Source of the DNA: a virus
IMG/VR virus record: IMGVR_UViG_3300030399_000053
Reading direction: 5' to 3' (one strand)
Length of the DNA stretch: 35,477 nucleotides
Positions 25,307 to 31,501 of this stretch are shown piece after piece (positions within the stretch are counted from its first letter, which is position 1; each line of letters opens with the position of its first letter). Below the pieces are notes generated by a model. The model worked only from the letters and a program-made list of their open reading frames with translations, was not told the DNA's origin and made no database searches. A program made the translations under genes and the position numbers.

Positions 25307-26194
25307 TTAATCCTCATTGTTAGCATAATTCGGTATAGTAAGTATTTGCGAATTATATCCCGGCCAATCCCCATTGTCAAGGCAGATTGCTAGCTTTTGC
25401 ATTGAATTATTAAATTGATTCATCCCGTGGTTGATAGCTTCATCATCAAGTATATAATAAACGCATGGATATCCTGGTGTCTTCTCAACACAATAAAATA
25501 CGAACTTTTCAAGCGTAATACCGACAGACGCTAAACCAGCCCTGATAATCGCTGCTTGCATAAAATAACCGCTGCTGTGTGCAGTTGCTTGGAATGCTCT
25601 GTAGCTTGCATCTTTAGCCGTTTTAAGATCGGTTACTACTGACCCTACCCAGGCATCAGGACGACACTTAACTTGTAAGCCAGTAGGCCCATGCGTGAAA
25701 TAAATACTATTCTCAGTTTTAACATTAGTAAATAAATCTTGCCCCATTTTATCATTCAGAACAGCTTTAGCAGTAGCTTTTGCCTCGGCATATATGTCAC
25801 TTGCTATAACCTCTTTGCCTATAGACATTCTATTAAATTTCTCTTTAAATGCCTGATTGATTGCAATTGTTTCTTCACGTGCTTTTTTTTGTCTTTCGTA
25901 TTTATCGCGCCCTACATCTCTGAGTAATTCTACTTTAGGTAAAGCTATATCGTTAGGTTCGACAATATACCTATCAGCAAAACTCGTAGGTTCAAGCACT
26001 AAAGCGTGTACTAATTCCCCAAGCTTCATACATTTAGTTGATTTTTGTTGAACTGCGTCAGGATTAAGGTATTTGTTCCAGTAATGCCAAGGGCTACGTT
26101 TAAACTCCCAAAGCGCGCTGCGTGATAAACCTTCGCTTGTGTGATATTCGGCATTAGATATAGCGTGAACACCATTGTTTAATTTCTGTTTCAT
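25307..26194 (-). CDS. PD-(D/E)XK exonuclease (RecE C-terminal / DUF3799-like)
   Basis: AAGGAGA sits 7 nt upstream of ATG 26194, whereas the 37-codon ORF-track extension covers the promoter region. Motifs: ISNAEYH..LSRSAL, GELVHALVLEP, DLKTAKDAS, YFMQAAI. Confidence 0.8.
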   Translation of the reverse strand: MKQKLNNGVHAISNAEYHTSEGLSRSALWEFKRSPWHYWNKYLNPDAVQQKSTKCMKLGELVHALVLEPTSFADRYIVEPNDIALPKVELLRDVGRDKYERQKKAREETIAINQAFKEKFNRMSIGKEVIASDIYAEAKATAKAVLNDKMGQDLFTNVKTENSIYFTHGPTGLQVKCRPDAWVGSVVTDLKTAKDASYRAFQATAHSSGYFMQAAIIRAGLASVGITLEKFVFYCVEKTPGYPCVYYILDDEAINHGMNQFNNSMQKLAICLDNGDWPGYNSQILTIPNYANNED

Positions 26195-26217
26195 TGTATT
26201 TTCTCCTTTGTTTAGTA

Positions 26218-26237
26218 TATAGCAATATGTTGCTATA
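26218..26237. promoter_or_regulatory. 20-bp palindrome TATAGCA-N6-TGCTATA in the divergent exo/recT versus cro-like control region
   Basis: Perfect 7-bp arms with a 6-bp spacer. The same architecture recurs at 31406..31425. Confidence 0.6.
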
Positions 26238-26274
26238 GCTATAATTGCATAAGTAAAACTATAATGCAATAGCT

Positions 26275-26283
26275 TGCTATAAT
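26275..26283 (+). promoter_or_regulatory. Extended -10 promoter element TGCTATAAT for the rightward early operon
   Basis: Perfect TGnTATAAT 55 nt upstream of ATG 26338. One of three perfect copies of this 9-mer in the genome. Confidence 0.6.
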
Positions 26284-26337
26284 TTAATTTCCTTGTTATA
26301 GTCATCCTGAAAATAAAACATTAATTAAGATATATAT

Positions 26338-26553
26338 ATGACTCCTGAAGAAGTAAAAGAATATTTTAGTACAACTTATAATTTCCAAAAAGTTACCAAA
26401 ATGTCAAATAACACGTTATGCAACTGGCTAAAGTGGGGATATGTGCCTTATCTATCTCAAAAGAAAATAGAAATCCTAACGAATAGCAAGTTAATCGCTG
26501 AATGGCATCCAAAAGAATTAGAAGTAAGAGAGAAGGGGTATAGTCATGATTGA
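26338..26553 (+). CDS. Cro / YdaS-like HTH regulator
   Basis: KVTKMSNNTLCNWLKWGYVPYLSQKKIEILTNSKL fits the YdaS/Cro pattern (HTH, then W..g.iP....ie.lT.G.l). First gene of the divergent early operon. Confidence 0.55.
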   Translation: MTPEEVKEYFSTTYNFQKVTKMSNNTLCNWLKWGYVPYLSQKKIEILTNSKLIAEWHPKELEVREKGYSHD

Positions 26554-26737
26554 TTTTAAAATTGGCGATGAGGCTTTTTTTTTACGTAACATAAGATTTG
26601 ACAGTGACACAGATATATCCGAAATAATTTTAAAATTTGAAGAAGTTGAATCATGCCATGATTTAGACTATCTGAATAAAAATCCAGGTGTTTATTATCC
26701 GCGTCGTAAGACCTCGTGCTTTAGGTCGAGGATATAA
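26546..26737 (+). CDS. FKxGD paralogue family member B. Its 3' end is supplied by the repeat element.
   Basis: GAAGGGG RBS. The N-terminus is MIDFKIGDEAFFL. The last 12 codons and the stop lie inside element copy 2. Confidence 0.5.
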   Translation: MIDFKIGDEAFFLRNIRFDSDTDISEIILKFEEVESCHDLDYLNKNPGVYYPRRKTSCFRSRI

Positions 26738-26916
26738 GACGCGAGTAAAAAAGTTTGCAAAGTAAATAATCTTTGCTATCCTGGTTCTTGTCGCCGATAA
26801 CCAAGACGATCTACCGCCGGGCAGGCGGGATGTAATGCTTGTGGAGTGGAATGCATAAGCACCACTGTGAAGCAAGAACCGGAATCACCTTCCTTTAGGT
26901 CGGTGAGGATGTCAAA
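26703..26916 (+). ncRNA. Copy 2 of the 214-nt duplicated structured element
   Basis: 212/214 identical to 2834..3047 and in the same orientation. It lies between two paralogous small genes. Confidence 0.55.
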
Positions 26917-26961
26917 TTAAATCAAAACAAGAATGCATAGATGCTTTCAAACGGAGATTAG

Positions 26962-27153
26962 ATGAACTTTAAAGAGGGCGATATAGTTTATTATTTTGTG
27001 CCGAATAAAGTAGATTTTAAACTAAAGGTTAAAATATTTATGATTATTGTTAATGATGATCTTGATGACGAGTATTTATGCAAGGATCTAAAAACTAATT
27101 CTGTTTTTCATGTATCTAGCCGCGATTTAAAAACTTTAAAAGAAGTTGGATGA
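26962..27153 (+). CDS. FKxGD paralogue family member C
   Basis: CGGAG RBS. The N-terminus is MNFKEGDIVYYF. Confidence 0.55.
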   Translation: MNFKEGDIVYYFVPNKVDFKLKVKIFMIIVNDDLDDEYLCKDLKTNSVFHVSSRDLKTLKEVG

Positions 27154-27328
27154 GTTATGAATAATAACAGAGTTATTGTTTTAAGCAAAAAAAGGTATTA
27201 GAATCAGAGAATTGGATCGGGGCATGGCGGAAAATGTACCACACCCCAACAGAGTATTTTAATTTTAACATTACGTTTGCCGATCCTCAAGACCATTTTT
27301 TAAATATCTTATTACCAAGGAAAGATAG

Positions 27329-27469
27329 ATGCCTGACTTCATGGAAGAACTTGCAGAAATGGAACTCGCAGAGATGAAAGAGTTATTAGCAGCCCTAGAG
27401 CACGAAATAACTTTTACCCCGACCGATATATCCCTAGACGAATTAAACACAATAGAGAGGCTCTCATGA
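27329..27469 (+). CDS. Small acidic protein (46 aa)
   Basis: AAGGAAAG lies upstream. There is an ATGA overlap with the next gene. Confidence 0.4.
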   Translation: MPDFMEELAEMELAEMKELLAALEHEITFTPTDISLDELNTIERLS

Positions 27470-27678
27470 AGAAAATACCACTACCAATTTTAAAATCTAT
27501 AAGCGTGATCGAAAACACACTAAAAGAGATAAGAGAAGATCTAATATCTGAAGACCAGGCGGAAGTTCTACGCGCCCAACTTCAAAGTATAACCCTAGCT
27601 AAATACATTAATGATTGGTTCGATGACCAACTCATGGATAATTTAGAGATGTATAACAAAATGAAGGAGTCTGACTAA
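27466..27678 (+). CDS. Hypothetical acidic early protein
   Basis: GAGAGG RBS. Translationally coupled. Confidence 0.5.
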   Translation: MKKIPLPILKSISVIENTLKEIREDLISEDQAEVLRAQLQSITLAKYINDWFDDQLMDNLEMYNKMKESD

Positions 27679-27918
27679 ATGGAGCCTTATCTTTCGAATT
27701 TATCATACTTTGAGATAAGACGCTTTCAAGCAGAGTCTAAAAAGTTACTACAATTAACTGAAGATTTTTTAACATCGATAGATCATATGCATTTAGAAGC
27801 ACTCCTAAAGCGTCCTAATCATAATATTGTAGATGCAATTAGGTTACGCGACGGACTTAATATTGTATTATCGATACTTAATGACGAATTAGAAATGAGA
27901 AGAAAACCTGCAAATTAA
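27679..27918 (+). CDS. Hypothetical early protein
   Basis: AAGGAG RBS. Confidence 0.5.
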   Translation: MEPYLSNLSYFEIRRFQAESKKLLQLTEDFLTSIDHMHLEALLKRPNHNIVDAIRLRDGLNIVLSILNDELEMRRKPAN

Positions 27919-27939
27919 ATTATAAAAAGGAAGGAAGTT

Positions 27940-28149
27940 ATGCCATGTGAACCTATATTTATGGTTATCGGTCTTTGGCTATTATTCGCTAATATCGGGT
28001 TAATGATTATAGCTTACAAACATCATCAAGAACTAGATATGATGTATACTCAGACGATTAGATTTACTAATTTAATTGACGACTTTTTAGTGCGCATCAA
28101 AGTACTAAATGATAAGATTAGTAAGTTAGAGAAAAATGAAAGTAGCTAG
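27940..28149 (+). CDS. Small membrane protein (N-terminal TM helix plus coiled coil)
   Basis: AAGGAAGGAAG RBS. The hydrophobic stretch IFMVIGLWLLFANIGLMIIAY is followed by a heptad-like C-terminus. Confidence 0.55.
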   Translation: MPCEPIFMVIGLWLLFANIGLMIIAYKHHQELDMMYTQTIRFTNLIDDFLVRIKVLNDKISKLEKNESS

Positions 28150-28235
28150 TCATGGAACCAGCTACTTTGCTAATAGGGAATTAGGCAATAATCACAATTA
28201 TTATATGTCAGAATATAGTAGAAAGAAAGGGACTT

Positions 28236-28301
28236 AAAAATAAAAAAGGGCAGTTTTAGCTACCCTTTAAATTTGTTAATGGGCCCGGCAGCCCCCCAAC
28301 A
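28236..28301 (-). ncRNA. Candidate ~65-nt leftward small RNA (promoter plus terminator, no ORF). The layout is oop-like, upstream of the replication gene.
   Basis: A minus-strand TGCTATAAT at 28316..28308 predicts a start near 28300. On the minus strand, the hairpin AAAGGGUAG-CUAAAA-CUGCCCUUU is followed by UUUAUUUUU. The interval contains no ATG. Confidence 0.4.
28245..28268. terminator. Bidirectional intrinsic terminator hairpin (stronger leftward)
   Basis: Stem AAAGGGCAG / CTACCCTTT with one mismatch. There is an A6-T-A5 run on the left and TTTAAATTT on the right. Confidence 0.55.
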
Positions 28302-28332
28302 GTTGGCATTATAGCACACTACTGTTGGGGGG
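28292..28332. promoter_or_regulatory. Inverted repeat CCCCCCAACAG-N19-CTGTTGGGGGG enclosing a minus-strand TGCTATAAT (28308..28316)
   Basis: 11-bp perfect arms. The spacer carries ATTATAGCA, the reverse complement of TGCTATAAT. It lies 34 nt upstream of the replication gene ATG. Confidence 0.6.
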
Positions 28333-28365
28333 CAAGATAAATTTGTGCTATTTGAGAAATATTTT

Positions 28366-29445
28366 ATGTCCACTCCACAAAATCAAAAATCTCTGATTAA
28401 TAATAAATCCAAACATAGCTTCGATGTTGAGGTTGCTTCAAAAATAGGCATTCAATGCGCTATAGTTTTAAGTGATATATGCAACTGGGTGAAATGGAAT
28501 CAAGACGAAGGGAAGCAAGATAACTATCACCACGGTAGATTTTGGAGTTATCGTAGTTATCCGGCCTTTGTTAAGCATTTCCCTTACTGGAACGAAAGAC
28601 AAATCAGAACAATTATTGAAAAATTACTAAAAGAAGAGTTATTGTTAGTTGGTAACTTTAATAAATTGAAGTACGACCGCACTTCCTGGTATACCCCTTC
28701 TGACAAAGGCTTAAAAATTCTCGGAAGATTAATTGAAGACTCCCAAATTGACACATCCGATGAACACTCGCCCCGCGAAGATGCTAATTTTGAAAAACCT
28801 TCTGAACCCACATCACCACTCATCTGTCAAAAAAGTCAGATGGAAGAGACTAAAAAGTCAGATGAAAATGACGAAAATGACAGACCTATACCAACTCTAC
28901 CTTCAACTCTCCCTTCATCTCAAAGATCTACTACTACTACTAGAACTCCGGAATTTAAAAATTTCAGTGAAGTAGTAGTAGAGGTTTTGAATAATGATAA
29001 GACAACTAAATTAGATATTTCAGAATTAGTTGATTATGGATTTGATGGAACACATATCAACCAACTAATAAACTTTCATTATCAAGGCAGACAGGTATTG
29101 CATGACAGGATTCAACAAGCACTCAATAATTTTGTTTTTTATCTAAAACAAGGCTCTAATGCAGAAAGAATCGCTGACAAACCGAGTTATTTTTTTAAAA
29201 CTTTCAATTCTACGGGCTTCTTTCCTCCACCGCCTCCCTTTCCATCTAATAAAAATGGCTCTAATAAACCTAAAGAAGCCACAGTAGATTCATTTATGAT
29301 TTTTGATAAAAAATATCAAGCATGGACAAGCAATTTAACGAAAGAAGAACTTGCAGAAATCCACGAAGTGTCAAATAAAAACATTCCTATGCAATCTAGG
29401 TTACGTACTTATTTTAGAAATAATATTTGGAAAGAGCAATCATGA
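28366..29445 (+). CDS. Replisome-organiser-like replication initiation protein (winged-helix N-terminal domain)
   Basis: The N-terminal GIQCAIVLSDICNWVKW...GRFWSYRSYPAFVKHFPYWNERQIRTIIEKLLKEELL..NKLKYDRTSWYT fits the phage replisome organiser N-domain pattern. An alternative GTG start is at 28345. Confidence 0.55.
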   Translation: MSTPQNQKSLINNKSKHSFDVEVASKIGIQCAIVLSDICNWVKWNQDEGKQDNYHHGRFWSYRSYPAFVKHFPYWNERQIRTIIEKLLKEELLLVGNFNKLKYDRTSWYTPSDKGLKILGRLIEDSQIDTSDEHSPREDANFEKPSEPTSPLICQKSQMEETKKSDENDENDRPIPTLPSTLPSSQRSTTTTRTPEFKNFSEVVVEVLNNDKTTKLDISELVDYGFDGTHINQLINFHYQGRQVLHDRIQQALNNFVFYLKQGSNAERIADKPSYFFKTFNSTGFFPPPPPFPSNKNGSNKPKEATVDSFMIFDKKYQAWTSNLTKEELAEIHEVSNKNIPMQSRLRTYFRNNIWKEQS

Positions 29446-29693
29446 GTTCAGAATCAATAAACATATTAAACAACTTCTTCAGACATGCCGAAAAAATCAA
29501 TTTAGAGCTGTTAGAGGGCGACAAAAGGTATTTAAGATGTCTAGCAATGGCTGCAAAACCAGACCGCCTTAGAAACGCTCTAATTGCGTATATCGACCAT
29601 TGGCAAAAAGCTATGCAAAATGAACTTAACGAAAATAAAAAGCAGGGCGAAGGAAGAAGAGCAGCTAATAATTATATTAGGGATGCTATATGA
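29442..29693 (+). CDS. Hypothetical protein coupled to the replication gene
   Basis: ATGA overlap at 29442..29445. Confidence 0.5.
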   Translation: MSSESINILNNFFRHAEKINLELLEGDKRYLRCLAMAAKPDRLRNALIAYIDHWQKAMQNELNENKKQGEGRRAANNYIRDAI

Positions 29694-29935
29694 CTGAACA
29701 TAGATTTAACACAAGCAAAAAGAAATACACGCTTGAGCGGCTTTTCGCCATGATTTGGGTTGATGGACTAACTCCCAAGTACAGAAAAGAATATTCAAAG
29801 CATATGTGTAAATGCAAGAATTATGAAAGAAATATCCCCGCAGTTGAAAAACTGTATGATTATTATATGTTATATAAATGGCCAATAGCTGATGAGAAAT
29901 TACAAAAGCTGATAAAGAAATATAAGGGAATTTAA
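29690..29935 (+). CDS. Hypothetical protein
   Basis: ATGA overlap with the previous gene. Confidence 0.5.
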   Translation: MTEHRFNTSKKKYTLERLFAMIWVDGLTPKYRKEYSKHMCKCKNYERNIPAVEKLYDYYMLYKWPIADEKLQKLIKKYKGI

Positions 29936-29982
29936 ACGCCGAAATCGGGTATACGTCATCTATATAGTTACGCTATTTTCTT

Positions 29983-30015
29983 ATTGTAGTATGATTGTAT
30001 AGGTAGCATTGTAGT
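29983..30015 (+). promoter_or_regulatory. Three ATTGTA(G/T) iterons just upstream of a sigma70 promoter
   Basis: ATTGTAGT at 29983, ATTGTATA at 29994 and ATTGTAGT at 30008, spaced 11 and 14 bp apart. Confidence 0.4.
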
Positions 30016-30040
30016 CTAAACTATCACGGTGATATTTTAA

Positions 30041-30069
30041 TTGACAAATCATTATGACTTTTCTATCAT
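30041..30069 (+). promoter_or_regulatory. Sigma70-type promoter TTGACA-N17-TATCAT
   Basis: Consensus -35 at 30041..30046, a 17-nt spacer, and -10 TATCAT at 30064..30069. It lies 35 nt upstream of ATG 30104. Confidence 0.6.
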
Positions 30070-30103
30070 CATCCCATTATTAACTAATCTTAAAGTGATT
30101 TTT

Positions 30104-30457
30104 ATGCATCAAGAAGAACTACTAGCTAATTATCCAAATCTAACTATAAGAAAATTAGAAAATGAAGTTAAGAGAAATGGTTTTATTTATAAGTTAGTCG
30201 AGCGCGCAAATCACAGATGTTTGTATGCGCAATATACTAAACTTGGTACGATTAACTCTTATGAGGTTTTTTTAACGAAACTGGGGGATATCAATAAAAC
30301 GAAAGAAAGCTTTGCAAAACTTAATAATACCGTTTTTGAAGATACCGGTAACAAAGAATATTACGAAATATTCCCACGTGATGAGGAATTCGGTAAAAGA
30401 GCCTGGACTTATCCCAATCTTGAACTTGCAAAAAAAGCGTACGATTCAAAAGGGTAA
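30104..30457 (+). CDS. Hypothetical protein (117 aa)
   Basis: ATG 30104 is chosen over the ORF-track TTG at 30041, which is the -35 box of the promoter. Confidence 0.5.
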   Translation: MHQEELLANYPNLTIRKLENEVKRNGFIYKLVERANHRCLYAQYTKLGTINSYEVFLTKLGDINKTKESFAKLNNTVFEDTGNKEYYEIFPRDEEFGKRAWTYPNLELAKKAYDSKG

Positions 30458-30653
30458 GCCCTTGAAAATAGTTCTTTTTCTAAGTATTTAATTACGATTA
30501 AACTTAAAGTTATGTACGCATTGGTATTGATAGTGCTAAATATAGCTTGCCTTTAATCATATCTCTGGTTTCTGCAAGCCTATTACTTTCATGATAGCTA
30601 TACGCATTTGCCACTGCTATTAGTTTGTTAAGCACCACGGGAACAGTTGCCTG

Positions 30654-30701
30654 GGGAACAGTTTGTGTGTTATTAACAACCTTAACACTACAACTGTTCC
30701 C
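30654..30701. other. Long imperfect hairpin GGGAACAGTT...AACTGTTCCC, 5 nt beyond the stop of the leftward cassette
   Basis: A 10-bp outer stem, a 3-nt internal loop and a 6-bp GTGTTA/TAACAC inner stem. A third GGGAACAGTT copy is at 30639..30648. Confidence 0.6.
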
Positions 30702-30706
30702 GGTTC

Positions 30707-30850
30707 CTACTCGTGATAACCCTCGTCTATCAAAAAATCATTTTCCATGTATGTTACAAATTCCATCATCCTATCGCACTTGCAGTTATCATACCCACAA
30801 TTGCACCAGTCGAGGTGCTCGTCCCCGTGCGGCTCATTGAGATTAAGCAT
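30707..30850 (-). CDS. Cys-rich micro-protein (47 aa)
   Basis: MLNLNEPHGDEHLDWCNCGYDNCKCD... The start overlaps the upstream stop (ATGCTTAA coupling). Confidence 0.45.
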   Translation of the reverse strand: MLNLNEPHGDEHLDWCNCGYDNCKCDRMMEFVTYMENDFLIDEGYHE

Positions 30851-30977
30851 GAGTCACCTCACTAACCCTGGCTAATACTCCAGTGTCTAACATGAGATAA
30901 AACTGAGTGTCACCAACTACGTCAAGCCAATTTTCTTTGCTGTCCTTAATTCTTCCGTATACGTAAGAGATTTTCAT
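30843..30977 (-). CDS. Small protein (44 aa). The alternative 65-aa form would start at 31040.
   Basis: GAAGGA sits 8 nt upstream of ATG 30977. The longer form has no RBS. Confidence 0.45.
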   Translation of the reverse strand: MKISYVYGRIKDSKENWLDVVGDTQFYLMLDTGVLARVSEVTHA

Positions 30978-31085
30978 TTTTCGATCCTTCGAAAAGATTT
31001 GCTTAAATGCAGTATATTTGATTATAATATTATTGTTCATTATATATTTTTGTATATTGTAATTTTAGTTTAGATATCCATATAT

Positions 31086-31118
31086 CATGTGCTACCTTTG
31101 CCCGTAGCACATGTTTTT
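31086..31118 (+). terminator. Strong + strand intrinsic terminator embedded in the leftward gene cluster
   Basis: 10-bp perfect stem CATGTGCTAC / GTAGCACATG with an 8-nt loop, then a T5 run on the + strand only. Confidence 0.6.
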
Positions 31119-31257
31119 AGAATGGACATTCGTCTAGTGCTAAATTATCTAGACAATCCCAGCAGACTAACTCGCAATTATTCGCCGGGTGTATTTCGCA
31201 TTCTGCATCGTCAGCATCTTTTATTTCTTCGCATTCAAAACATCTATACATACTCAT
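31117..31257 (-). CDS. Cys-rich zinc-ribbon-like micro-protein (46 aa)
   Basis: GGAG RBS with a TAAATAAAAATG spacer. MSMYRCFECEE...CEIHPANNCELVCWDCL...ECPF has CxxC-type pairs. Confidence 0.5.
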   Translation of the reverse strand: MSMYRCFECEEIKDADDAECEIHPANNCELVCWDCLDNLALDECPF

Positions 31258-31259
31258 TT

Positions 31260-31346
31260 TTATTTACTCCAGTTTTCTATCGCGTAATAAAGTACTAACC
31301 CAGTTGCTAGTGCTATTGTTATTGCTAAGTGAATTGTTAGAATCAT
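31260..31346 (-). CDS. Hydrophobic micro-protein (28 aa, single TM)
   Basis: AAGGT RBS with the same TAAATAAAAATG spacer. MILTIHLAITIALATGLVLYYAIENWSK. Confidence 0.4.
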   Translation of the reverse strand: MILTIHLAITIALATGLVLYYAIENWSK

Positions 31347-31403
31347 TTTTATTTACCTTTCTTTTGTGTTAATCTTAGAGCTGATGTATCAGTTCATATT
31401 TGT

Positions 31404-31425
31404 ATTATAGCATCCACTTGCTATA
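31404..31425. promoter_or_regulatory. Minus-strand extended -10 TGCTATAAT (31412..31404) fused to the palindrome TATAGCA-N6-TGCTATA (31406..31425)
   Basis: Perfect 9-mer on the minus strand, 58 nt upstream of the start of the leftward cassette. The palindrome has the same architecture as 26218..26237 and overlaps a second inverted repeat, CCACTTG-N8-CAAGTGG (31414..31435). Confidence 0.6.
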
Positions 31426-31501
31426 TGTCAAGTGGTTGAGTGAAATAATTCAAATATTCTGTGAAATAAATTATTAGTTAGTTATATAAGGGGCGTCAAC
31501 G

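Noticed and set aside
26195-26305. 37-codon N-terminal extension of the exonuclease gene in the ORF track
   Set aside because: The internal ATG 26194 has AAGGAGA 7 nt upstream. The extension covers the palindrome and the TATAAT boxes of the divergent promoter region and encodes an implausible hydrophobic leader.
28303-28317. Sigma54 promoter (TGGCA ... GCA) in the loop of the 28292..28332 inverted repeat
   Set aside because: The GG-to-GC spacing is 7 nt instead of the required 10.
30041-30103. TTG start at 30041 for ORF 30041..30457
   Set aside because: That TTG is the first triplet of a consensus TTGACA -35 box with a correctly spaced -10. ATG 30104 is downstream of the predicted transcription start.
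30625-31298. + strand ORFs 30625..30840 and 31089..31298
   Set aside because: They have alternative start codons, no RBS and odd composition. They run through the GGGAACAGTT hairpin and the 31086..31118 terminator respectively. The opposite strand carries RBS-preceded, translationally coupled small genes.
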